Positions 21,901-32,673 of a DNA stretch of 64,000 bases are shown in pieces (positions within the stretch are counted from its first letter, which is position 1; every line of letters starts with the position of its first letter). Under the pieces are notes generated by a model. It did no database searches, was not told where the DNA came from, and was given only the letters and a program-made list of their open reading frames with translations. Both the position numbers and the translations under genes were made by a program. This stretch comes from Sporopachydermia quercuum (lineage: Eukaryota), in NCBI GenBank assembly GCA_001599295.1, contig BCGN01000006.1, positions 434,001-498,000 on the forward strand. The letters are read 5' to 3'.

Positions 21901-22411
21901 ATTCCAACAGCCACCCCAACAACAGCTACCNTATCAACAGGTAAAGCAATACCCTCAACCTAGTCCTGGTGCTGGTCCTCAAGGAATTCCTATGCCGAAC
22001 TCCCGCCAAGATTCTTACAGTAATCCAAACATTCCTAGACAGCAAAATGGTCCTCCAATTGATCATGGTGCCTCTGGCTACGAACAATATCCCCCACAAC
22101 GAAGGGCTCCTCAGGGGCATAGCTATCAAAACCAACCCATTCCACCCGGAGATATTGGCTACCCTTCGCCATCTTTAAGTCAGCACCAAAGAAGGCCACC
22201 GCTTAACAGTGGGTTAGGGTCTAGCTCAGGCTCAAATTTTGGATATATCTCAACTTCCCATGGAAGTTTCGGATCATATGATCAAAAGGGGGTTCCTGTG
22301 GGACCAGCATCAGCAGTTCCGAATAGTCCATATGCAGTTGCAGCTCAAGCTTCAGGGCAGAATAAAATGAGTAAGAATCAATCAAGGCGAAACAATCTGT
22401 TGGGTGGATGA
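18965..22411 (+). CDS. CAF120: Caf120/Skg3-family PH-domain protein with a long Q/P/G/S-rich tail
   Basis: Contains [29 protein letters not shown]...[46 protein letters not shown] and [18 protein letters not shown]. Confidence 0.8.
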   Translation: [1148 protein letters not shown]

Positions 22412-24384
22412 TATTGAGGTCAAAATGATGCATGATGTACATATTGCTAGATCCTTGGCTGATCTTGAATAGTTTACCATGCGCTCCGGTTGCTCTGGTA
22501 TTTCTCTTCTTTGGATATAATCCCGACACCTGTGTCAGGATGTATGTACAGAGAATAGAGAAGACGTTGGCCGTCACTGTTTGCTCTTCCAATTAAGTAT
22601 AGAACACCATCGGTAATGAATGAATAAGTGAGCTGAGGTAGAGTGCACTTCAAAAGGCAGTTCAAAAGGTAGCTATTGCAAGACTGACTATCACGAATTA
22701 TTTATGAAACTATATTTTGCTTCCTTTTTCATTTGACGTTATGAACAGTAATTAGTGGCCTCTTAACATGTGATTTTATTGGCTATTGATTCAGTGCTGT
22801 TGTACTATAGTGTACTCTATTGTACTATGCTTCCAATTCACTATATATTCTACTGTTTTGAATTTCATTGTATCTATACTATTACAGTTGAGTTGGCTTA
22901 ATCTTGATTTATTTTGGTATATTTCAGTTTATTTTAATTTATTGGAATTCGTTTCATTTTCTTTCCTTTCGTTCCCTTTTGATATAATCTCTTGTATTAC
23001 TAGTCTGAGTTTTGTTTCATGATGTATGTATGTCTGTATAATAACTAATACACTTGTAATATATATAAATGTGATGAACAAGCTAAGCTGGTTTATTAAA
23101 GTAGCATGAATACTTCAAAAGAGAAAAAAGAGAAATGGATCACTTATCTATTGATTCATCTACTATCAATTCATTTACAGTATTTAGGAATTTGTTGTAT
23201 TGTTCGTTTTCAATTGAAAGTCTGTTAACAAACTGGTAAAATGTATGCAAGAAATTAAATAAAAATATCATTTGATGTTCATTTAATCTAGACTATCATA
23301 GTCTTAGTCACTGAAGTTTGATTATATAATGTACTAAATGTATCTAGCTTCACTTCACATCTAAATAAATCAGCAAATTTGCATTGTAAATTCTACAATT
23401 TGGAGTATTTATGGACAATAGGATGTTGTGTTGATTAATTACTATCACATCACTTGAAAAAGATGTAACTGTACTCAAATCTCACATTCAATCTAGCCTC
23501 TTGCTTATTCGATGACCAGTAAATGTTTGACATCAAAAAGCATCCAGCTCAAGGTCAGCTATGAAAACGTTTGACCGAGCGAGGAACAAGGCATTAAGGA
23601 ACAGAAAAAAAAGAAATAATGAAAAATAAAATAAAGGTGAAAGGTAGGCGATGGACTGAACAATTCAAATGCGAGACTATGAACCAAGTTATATCATTAG
23701 TTCCTTGCTACGATTAGACTTGACAGCTTTAAAATTGTTTGTTAGTATTGAGTGATTTCCATTATTCAAACGTTAGTGCTACCTTTAGAGTGGCTAACTA
23801 TTCAGTGGTTTCTCCATTCCGTTGTTCAAGTTTACTTCTATTCCAGGTGTTGCAAGTACTTTGAATCAGTAAGAAAAAAGCAATTTCGAAAGGTGCGATT
23901 CTTATAAAGAGTGCAATTCATCTTCATGACAAATATAATACAAATGCGACATAGTACTATGCATGGATAGATGCGTGATTATTTTTGATCATATGACAGT
24001 TAAGCCAATGTTCTTTCTATAATGCACCAGCCAGGCTTCATTATGTTATTACGTCCGTTGGTTTCACAGATACGATATCTTTGTGTGAATATTGGCCGAA
24101 TATTTTGATTGGAATCCATCTTTCAGCATAGTTCACGCTATTGTTATCGTACCTCGCACAAAAAATCAATGATTCGAGCTTTTCATGCTTGCCTTGGCTT
24201 TTCATGACATTATCCCGTTATATGTGATGATAACATACTTATCAAACAGTTATGTCATTGATTGGGCCAATGAATTGCTAACTCTTCATCTAATAAAAAG
24301 AAAAAAATACCCTCAACCAATCATCAGCAAACTAGCCATCATACAGAGGGTAGCTTACAGTTCTCTTGTTGAAATCACCAAAAT

Positions 24385-27300
24385 CTACACAGTATCAACT
24401 GCTCTCCTCAGAAACCCAACTATTCTTGCTGTATCGACATTAACAGGATCACTTTCCACTGCCTGAACTAAACCTTCTAATAGTCCATCTACCTGATCCT
24501 CTGCCACACCAGTGCATAAACTGACAACTTTCCTAAACTTGGCCTCTAATTCAGCAGATCTCATTTTCAGATCGTCTTTCAGCTTCACAAGTCCTGCCTG
24601 GTTCTGCTTGTATGCTTCTACTCGAGCTTTTAGTATTCTAACAGGAGGTAAATCAGGATAGGAAGCCAGCGAACCTGAGAGCTCGATATAACCAGTGTTT
24701 GTTGACTGACCAGATAGAATTGCTTCATGTTGCATTGCAACATGATTATAAATAGACCAAACTCTGAAAGGTTCATCTGCGTCAATTTCAATCTTGGCAT
24801 TAGGATTTTCATTTTCATTGTTGTTGTTACTACTGCTATTCATGTATGAGGAAGAACTAGGTAGATCCTTTACTGATGCCATTGAAATATCAGCATCGGT
24901 GTCAGCACCTGCACCTGCGCCTGTGCCTGCATTATCACTATTATCACCATTATTACTGTTATTACCGTGTTTATTCCCAGAAGTACTAGTATTTCTATCA
25001 GTAGTATTAGCCACGCTAGCATTAATATTACCTTCAGTAGTATCATGACCTCCATTCAGTAGAGCAAACTTGCGAGATTCCTCTTGAATGGCACGATCAA
25101 GATTCTGAGACCGTTGTTGCAATTCCATGAGTTCTATGCTTAAAGCCTTTAAGTTCTCGTATTTTTTTCGTGACTCTGCTATTTTCCCTGATGATACAAC
25201 TAACTGTTCTCTCATCTCTTTAATAACTTCTTCTTTGCTTGCGAGTTCGGATTGGAAGTCTCCCGAAAGTGAATCCAGCATTGTTTTCATTGATTTGAGC
25301 ATATCCTGCGATTTCTGTACTTTGTCAAATGGATTATGGGCAAACGCTCGCTTTTTACTCTCATTGGCACTGCTGCTTCGCCGTTCTGATGCTATTGATA
25401 AAGAATTACTTTTGCTCAATTGCCTAGAAACACTATCAATGCCAACTCTCACCCCATCGAAAAGACCAGAAGGGCGGAAATTAGATATATCTTCGCCATT
25501 AATAACAATGCCAAAATCAATTGGCTTTAACCCAGCTCGGTTAGGTATTCCTGTGTCAGCACCTACTTCCAAGAGTTGTTGAACAATGGACTTGTTGCCA
25601 ACAATAGCTGCCAGATTCAAACTCGTATCTCCATTTTTATCCTGGTAATTCACAACTTCGTTCATGAACTTAGTGAAGTTGAAAGGGGTTCTTTCTATTG
25701 TGGGCCCTCTGGTGACAATCCATTCAAGAAGAGATGAAAGATAGTATCTTGAAGCATCTGATCTACCCTTAATACCTGAAGTAACAGCAATGTGATGGAG
25801 CACTGTTCTTCCCATTTGGTCAACCAGATTGATATTAGGATATAAAAGGTCTAACAATTGAGGAAATGTACATTGGTCTAGATTATTTGTTACTAGCACA
25901 GCTTTTACCAAAGGCGTTTCACCCACAAAGTTACATCTTAGTCTGTTGGCACCATGCCTGACTAATTCTTCTACCAGGGAGATTCTACCTAAGGCCGCAG
26001 CCCAGTGTAAAGCAGTATGACCAAGGTCGTCAATAGGGATATCAAAGTTAATCGCTGAGATTTTATCCTCAGAATGAAAGATATCTATCAAACGGTCTTT
26101 GTCGTTGGTCATGAATATTTTGGTGATCATCTCTTTAGAATGGTAAAAGTTTTCGACAGAATCCGGGTTCAATGGTTCTAAGCCATAAGGAAAATATGGG
26201 TTGTCCATGTCATGATCAAATACTGGTACTGGATAAGTAAGAGTACTAGTGCTCTGCAGATGTTGTGATGATATAATCTCAGGTTTGGACGAAATGCCAG
26301 TAGCATTATTATTGGTGGTATCATTGTTTGGATCATCGGTAGGTGTTTTGGAACCATCCACTAAGTGATCATTAGCTGAAGTAGTAGAGCTCTTCAGAGT
26401 GTCCATTCTGGAGGACGCCAATGGTTGGTAGGATTGATAAGATTCTTGGTTGTTCTCAGAATGATTGGTACTGGTGAATTTAACACTGGGATCGGAATTT
26501 CTTGAAGCAGCAGACATCGAATCAGATGACATCTGCTGAGATACATCTCTACCTTCGGACATAAGAGCTGTGTTGACTGTAGCAGAAGGTATAGAATCAA
26601 CAGTGCTAGTATTGTTGTTACTGTTATTATTAATGTTGCTACCTTCATTTCTTGCGAGCGCTATCAAACCACTTTGTTTCTCAGATAGACTCTTTCTTTT
26701 CTTAGAACCTACTATTTGCTCTTTAATAGGTGTCTTTGTCGAATGGTTGTTCTCATCATAGTGTAACAATGGTGAGATCAAATCAAAGACTTTATAGTGC
26801 TGAGCTATTTCAACACCACGTTCCAATGGTACCCATGTTCCTTGATATTTACCATATCCACCTTGGATCTTTTCGTAAGGTGTTGTTCTAATTTCTCTCT
26901 CAATAATGCGGGTTCTTTTTGTTTTGTCCAAACCAGCAGCCTTGAGAATTTGAGTGACATTAACCGTATTATCGGACACTCTTTTCATAACAGTAGCACT
27001 ACTGACAGCCATTTCGTATACTTCAATGCCTGAATAGATAGCCTTATATATTCTTCCAGGAATTTGGTTTGCGTCTGAGGACTCTTCGTTTAGATTGGAT
27101 CCTATCGATGAATCTTCTGACAGAGCACCAAATGAGTTAGTAGAAGACGCACTTGGAGAGGGATTATTTCCTGGTATTAATTCACCGTTATTGTACATTT
27201 CTTTTAGGACGTTGAACTGGCCTTGAACATGTCGTACTTGGTTTTCATTGGCTGTGGAAGAGTTTGAAGTAATATGATCTTGAGGTGTGCCGTTATTGAG

Positions 27301-27630
27301 GGTGTTTGCTTGCATGTTTATGCTTGAGTGCCTGCTATGCAAGTGTCGCTGCTGCGGCTGTGGTTGTGGCTGATATTTATTACCTCCAATTGAGGTGGCT
27401 TGAGCCAACTGATCATGAATATCAGACATTGATAAACTAGCTTTCATTGATGGTTCCTTTGGAAAGTTCTTCCTTTCAATTTCGTGGGAATCATCCATAA
27501 TTAGATTATTATCTTCATTATACCCGCCAGAACCAGTATTGGACATTTGATTATCTCCTGTGTTGTATGTGGAGTTAATATAACCAGAATTTGTGTCAGA
27601 GGTATGGTCATTTATCTTTAATGATGACAT
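24385..27630 (-). CDS. SWI6: SBF/MBF subunit of the Swi6/Cdc10 type: APSES (KilA-N) domain, ankyrin repeats, coiled coil
   Basis: APSES domain: IYKAIYSGIEVYEM...VNVTQILKAAG...EKIQGGYGKYQGTWVP. Swi6-type ankyrin block: GHTALHWAA...HGANRL...GETPLVKAVLVTNNLD...GRTVLHHIAVTSGIKGRSDASRYYL...NGDTSLNLAA. C-terminus: FRKVVSLCTG...LVQAVESD. Confidence 0.8.
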   Translation of the reverse strand: MSSLKINDHTSDTNSGYINSTYNTGDNQMSNTGSGGYNEDNNLIMDDSHEIERKNFPKEPSMKASLSMSDIHDQLAQATSIGGNKYQPQPQPQQRHLHSRHSSINMQANTLNNGTPQDHITSNSSTANENQVRHVQGQFNVLKEMYNNGELIPGNNPSPSASSTNSFGALSEDSSIGSNLNEESSDANQIPGRIYKAIYSGIEVYEMAVSSATVMKRVSDNTVNVTQILKAAGLDKTKRTRIIEREIRTTPYEKIQGGYGKYQGTWVPLERGVEIAQHYKVFDLISPLLHYDENNHSTKTPIKEQIVGSKKRKSLSEKQSGLIALARNEGSNINNNSNNNTSTVDSIPSATVNTALMSEGRDVSQQMSSDSMSAASRNSDPSVKFTSTNHSENNQESYQSYQPLASSRMDTLKSSTTSANDHLVDGSKTPTDDPNNDTTNNNATGISSKPEIISSQHLQSTSTLTYPVPVFDHDMDNPYFPYGLEPLNPDSVENFYHSKEMITKIFMTNDKDRLIDIFHSEDKISAINFDIPIDDLGHTALHWAAALGRISLVEELVRHGANRLRCNFVGETPLVKAVLVTNNLDQCTFPQLLDLLYPNINLVDQMGRTVLHHIAVTSGIKGRSDASRYYLSSLLEWIVTRGPTIERTPFNFTKFMNEVVNYQDKNGDTSLNLAAIVGNKSIVQQLLEVGADTGIPNRAGLKPIDFGIVINGEDISNFRPSGLFDGVRVGIDSVSRQLSKSNSLSIASERRSSSANESKKRAFAHNPFDKVQKSQDMLKSMKTMLDSLSGDFQSELASKEEVIKEMREQLVVSSGKIAESRKKYENLKALSIELMELQQRSQNLDRAIQEESRKFALLNGGHDTTEGNINASVANTTDRNTSTSGNKHGNNSNNGDNSDNAGTGAGAGADTDADISMASVKDLPSSSSYMNSSSNNNNENENPNAKIEIDADEPFRVWSIYNHVAMQHEAILSGQSTNTGYIELSGSLASYPDLPPVRILKARVEAYKQNQAGLVKLKDDLKMRSAELEAKFRKVVSLCTGVAEDQVDGLLEGLVQAVESDPVNVDTARIVGFLRRAVDTV

Positions 27631-27936
27631 TTATTCTCAATTATTGTTTGTTATTGCTGCTAATATGTAATGAAATTTATGTTAAAGAGAGGGTGAGGTA
27701 GTTGGGAGATACATATGACGTAATCATTAACTATTCCTCGCTTGTCAATTAATGGTGAATGGCTGATATGGTTAGACTGATGAGAAAAAATAGTATGGAA
27801 GTNAGCCAAATGGTTGTCCATACAAGTTAGTGAATCAAGTGCAATTTGAAAGTTATGAAGGGTATTAAGAGCCTGTTCAATCAAGTATTACAATTGACAT
27901 GTACTATACAACTCTTGTGATAGTGCAGCTCATTCA

Positions 27937-27995
27937 CTACAATACAATACAATATAGAACAATGACAATGAAAATGAAAATGAGAATGAGAATGA
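27937..27995 (+). repeat. Short compound microsatellite, (TACAA)n followed by (GA[A/G/C]AAT)n
   Basis: tacaatacaatacaat...aatgacaatgaaaatgaaaatgagaatgagaatga, upstream of SWI6. Confidence 0.6.
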
Positions 27996-29413
27996 TAGTT
28001 TCCTCAAGTTATTCAATCAATCAATAAGAATATCTGGAATAACAAGTCAATTGTGTATCTATTTCAATTTATTTCCAACTCTATCATTCGCTATTTTTCC
28101 TTTTCCTATTATCACCTTCCATGCTCGCGATTCTCTCCGTCCCTCGCACAATAATGGGCACGAGGGAGGAAAAGCAAGCAAAATGAGAGTGAAAACTGCG
28201 AACGGGAAAGAAAGTGGTGTATGTCCTACAGAAGTAAATTGTCCTGGACCTTAATGGGAGGACAAAGTGGACAGAAGGATGTTAGTGTTAAAGGGGTAGG
28301 TAGAGAGAAAGTCCTTGATTGACATTATAAGGGAGAACTAGTTATAAAGCTGATATAAACAGTGATATTTAATTGAGCATCTTTTTTTCATTTTGTTTGA
28401 AATGATTTCGAATTTCGAGTACAGTACCGTGGACGAAGTGAAGACTGGCGGGCAGATTGCATAGGAAGAGATCAATTATTGTCCGGTAACACAAGATAAT
28501 AGGTGAGAAAGTGAAACGGAAATGATAAGAGTAAAATGATGAAACAGTATGAGTGGGTTATGTAAATAATCTGTATAATTAATTGATATTTGTTGGAGAA
28601 TTGTGCCATGAAGTAGCCTATTACGCTTTTTGATTACAATGAAGACTTTAGTTCTGGATTCACTTAGGCAAGATGCGGTAAGGGTAATGAAAAGTTTAAC
28701 TATATCGGAAATGATATCAAAATTTTGGGTTCCCTTTCCGATAAAACACAACTCAATTGATGTATGACTAAGATATCTCCAAACGGACAATCATTTACTC
28801 CTGCTCAAAGTTTTATGGCTTCTTGCAGAGATTCTGTATGAAATTTTAATGATTAATTCGAGATTTACCCCATCTCCATCTATAATCGGAATGAAGTTTA
28901 TCGCTTTCGATCTGTTCTGGGTCTATTTGGAAGAATCGCGACATATGGTAATTTTGTCCGCTCAGCATAATGATCATTCTTCATAACTGCAACTGACTCT
29001 AAAAAGACTAAAAGCAACTATTTTGTAGTCCTTATCTTATTGTTTCTAAAAGGTTCATCTAATCAATCATCAAACTCAAGAATATTGGATTTTTTTGATT
29101 CATTCATTGAGTAGTAAAACGTATAGCCGTCCCTTGGAGTCTTATCAACGTCCGGTGTTTCGATTTTCACTGTCCCTTACCTATCCGATAACGGCACTAG
29201 AAACCTTCATTCTATGCGGTATCTCATCCTAGTGTGACATGATGATATGTTCATAATTAATTGATTCTAAATCTGACTTGCTTGTAGCAATTGAGATAGC
29301 AACTAGTCCTCAGCTGATCAATCATATATCAGTAGTCTTCCTGGGGTGATTGATAGAAACGAAAACATTGGTGTGTTTTGTTGTTATCAATCAAGAACAG
29401 AATCGTAGTAATC

Positions 29414-30646
29414 ATGTCAGAGCTCCCTTCAACTCCAGGTGAATTGAAGTTCATTCAACCATATATTGCAAGAAGTAAGGAGGTAGAGAAGGCAAATCCT
29501 ATTATATCATATTTCTGTAAATTATTTGCAGTTCAACAAATTCTGAACAAAAGTTTGCATTTGAAATCTCAAGAGATTGCTAGCTATGCCGGAGCTTTGC
29601 TTGATAACATTGAATATCTAAAGAATAATGAACCCAGCTTAACAAGTGAATATGGCAAAGAAATTTTGAATGATGATTTATCAGCGTTTGTTTATATAGA
29701 GAATTTTGCTCAATCAGTATTTGGAAAAGCCGATAAAGATATAAGGAATCATGATTGTTCAAAGTAAGTATATGTGCTTTTGAAGATATCTAATCGATTG
29801 GATAGATGATTGCAATATATTAACAATGTGACTCATAGACAAACTGCAGCTGCTCTTTTTGCTGCATCGATATTCTACAGTTTAACGGCACTGTTTCCAA
29901 TTGAAAACTCTGAGTCTTCGCTAGAGGAAGTAAACTCAAAAATCAAATATGCTAAATACCATGCAGCTCGAATTTTAAAAGCTATCAAAGAAGGAACAGA
30001 TCCCAATGACTATGAGTTACCAGAAGAAGAGGAAGAAAAACAAGCAGAAGCAGAATTAGAACACGGCAATAATGTTAAGGATAACAATGATCTAGAAGAT
30101 GCTACAAATGAGTCCGTAGAATCATATGGCTCGAAACCAAAGGAAGAACAAGTGTCAAAAGCTGAGATTAACCAAGTTATAGACGAAGCAATTAAAGGAT
30201 CATTTAAGCCTGGTATGACTATTTATGATATAGAGGATGATGCTACGGTTGCTATCAATAGTCTCTCAATTGATAACTCAGTTCCTACGGTGTTACCATC
30301 ATTCCCAGCGCCACCAAGCTCTGTAGATGGTAACAACCCTGAACTATGGGTATCAGATTCAAGTTCTCAACCTCAATCACCTAAGCTACCTCATGTCCCT
30401 CGAGCTCCATCAGTCCCAACGACAGCCCCTACGACGCCTCCCCCTGTGTCAAAAGCTAAACCTTCGTCAGAGATCCATATAACTAAGGAGAATGTTCAAC
30501 GCATTGTTGATGAATCTGAATTATACTCAACTGTTCAAAAGCATGCCAAGTTTGCCATCTCAGCATTAAACTATGAAGATGTTCCTACAGCCAAGAAGGA
30601 GCTTTTAACTGCTTTGGCCCTGTTGGAAAAGAACGCTCAGTTCTGA
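29414..30646 (+). CDS. VTA1: Vps4 activator Vta1 (ESCRT), 2 exons
   Basis: Exons 29414-29763 and 29839-30646. Intron 29764-29838 (GTAAGT...TATTAAC...TAG) joins the two ORF-track pieces in frame. MIT region: PIISYFCKLFAVQQIL, KIKYAKYHAARILKAIKEG. VSL domain: QKHAKFAISALNYEDVPTA. Confidence 0.92.
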
Positions 30647-31008
30647 TTATGTAATATTATATTACGTGACATGAAATATTATAGTGTTTCGTAAGTTCAT
30701 GACCAAGACTGTGTTATTGAGCTCGTCTGTTGGTTAATAGTAATGTATATTACTGAATAAAAGCTCCTTCTCTATGAATATATATTTACCTTTTCAATTT
30801 GCTGTACAGTTACATTTACTTGTCTTTGTATCAAGCTTTGTTAAATACTTTCTCTCTCACCTAACCACGCTTCTCTATATTTGATGATTACGTAATCTTT
30901 GGTTTTTGTCTTCCCTGTTTGCCCTTCTACCACTTCGCCCAGAGCATATCAAGATATAATGACTATATTTACCTACTCAAGTAATTATCAGAATGAAATT
31001 TAAACCCG

Positions 31009-31019
31009 TGAAAAATTTT
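31009..31019 (+). promoter_or_regulatory. RRPE element upstream of SUI2
   Basis: TGAAAAATTTT, an exact consensus match, about 225 nt upstream of the ATG. Confidence 0.55.
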
Positions 31020-31242
31020 AATATTCCACATGAATAAAGTACAACACAACCGCATGAGAAGACTCATTCGATCAGTGAGAGGAACAACATATTATGACCA
31101 TTAGGAAACAAAGCTTATTGTTTTGCATAAAGCTAGTCAAATATTCTGATTGGTAGAATAATTGCTTGTTGAAAGCTGCAGTTGTGGAATTACTACAAAA
31201 AGTGTGTCACCAACCAAGCGAATCAAAGAATCTTTAATAAAC

Positions 31243-32178
31243 ATGAGCACAACTAGTTGTCGATTTTACGAGAACAAATTCCCAGAGGTCAATGACCTAG
31301 TAATGGTCAACGTTCAGCAAATTGCTGATATGGGAGCCTACGTGAAGTTGCTTGAATATGATGGAATTGAAGGTATGATTCTGTTGTCAGAGTTGTCCAG
31401 ACGTCGTATTAGAAGTATTCAAAAGTTAATCAGAGTTGGACGTAATGAAGTTGTGATTGTCCTTAGAGTTGACAAGGAAAAAGGATATATTGATTTAAGT
31501 AAACGACGTGTGTCACCAGAAGAAGCTGTGAAGTGTGAAGAAAAATATAACAAGAGTAAAGCAGTGCATTCGATTCTCCGTCATGTTGCCGAAAAGCATA
31601 ACGTTCCTCTTGAAACATTGTACCAAACCATCGGATGGCCATTGAGCCGGAAGTATGGACATGCTTATGATGCCTTCAAGATTGCTATAACTGATCCTGA
31701 GACCGTTTTTGAAGGAATTGAACCACCTTCTAAGGCCATTTTAGACGATTTACTTGTGTATATTTCCAGAAGATTGACACCGCAACCAACCAAAATTAGA
31801 GCTGATGTTGAAGTCACTTGTTTTGGCTATGAAGGTATTGATGCCGTGAAAAAAGCTTTGGCTGCTGCTGAAGATGTTCCCAACTCATTAAACGCCACTG
31901 TGAAGGTGAAGTTGGTCGCAGCTCCTTTATATGTCTTGACATGCTCTTGTTTAGATAAGCAAAAGGGTATTGAGATTTTGGAAGAATCAATCAAGAAGCT
32001 CACTGAAGAAATCACGTCATCTAGTGGTACTTGTAATGTTACTATGGCACCCAAGGCTGTCACTGCAACTGATGATGCTGAATTACAAGCACTGATGGAT
32101 AAGAAGGAGATGGAAACTCGACAAGTTGATGGTGATGATGATGATGACGACGAAATTGGATCAGGTGAAGAATTATAA
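31243..32178 (+). CDS. SUI2: Translation initiation factor eIF2 alpha
   Basis: Starts MSTTSCRFYENKFPE at ATG 31243. S1 domain with the phosphosite loop GMILLSELSRRRIRSI and KGYIDLSKRRV. Confidence 0.97.
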   Translation: MSTTSCRFYENKFPEVNDLVMVNVQQIADMGAYVKLLEYDGIEGMILLSELSRRRIRSIQKLIRVGRNEVVIVLRVDKEKGYIDLSKRRVSPEEAVKCEEKYNKSKAVHSILRHVAEKHNVPLETLYQTIGWPLSRKYGHAYDAFKIAITDPETVFEGIEPPSKAILDDLLVYISRRLTPQPTKIRADVEVTCFGYEGIDAVKKALAAAEDVPNSLNATVKVKLVAAPLYVLTCSCLDKQKGIEILEESIKKLTEEITSSSGTCNVTMAPKAVTATDDAELQALMDKKEMETRQVDGDDDDDDEIGSGEEL

Positions 32179-32343
32179 ATTATTACTCAATGAACTCATA
32201 GAAAGACACTTACATTCTACAGCTCCTCATATTACCCTTATAACTACTTACTCTTGGCGTGTTCCTTTATTTCTATGTGTAAGTGAAACAAATACAAATA
32301 AAAGTTAACGCATGGAAACCTCGTAAAGATTATAGTAATTTAA

Positions 32344-32673
32344 TTATTGTCGTTGTTCTATTTGTTCTTTATTCTTGATACTAACAAATTTGATTTGCGA
32401 TACTCCTGCATGTCGCATCGTCACTTGTTGCCCTTCAAATGTTCCCTGTAGTACCACCTTGTGTAATTCATCATATGCCTCATAGATATCTATGAGATCG
32501 TAATCTTTACAGCTGGGGAAGTGCTGAGGGAAAGAACACACTAAAGAATCTGAGGATTCATTTAAGCTGTGTTTAGATGAGTTCGATGGGGTTCTATGTA
32601 TCCTCACTTCTGGGTCGCTTTTAGGTAGTGATGAAGAAGAGGAGGATTTGTTGATTATTCTTTTGAAATTCAT
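32344..32673 (-). CDS. Hypothetical 109-aa protein
   Basis: ATG-initiated ORF that overlaps no known gene, convergent with SUI2, with a TATA-like sequence near 32950. No family recognised. Confidence 0.35.
   Translation of the reverse strand: MNFKRIINKSSSSSSLPKSDPEVRIHRTPSNSSKHSLNESSDSLVCSFPQHFPSCKDYDLIDIYEAYDELHKVVLQGTFEGQQVTMRHAGVSQIKFVSIKNKEQIEQRQ

Noticed and set aside
31162..31242. Apparent N-terminal extension of eIF2 alpha in the ORF track
   Set aside because: It starts at TTG. The conserved N-terminus begins at ATG 31243 in good context, and the extension has no targeting-like features.
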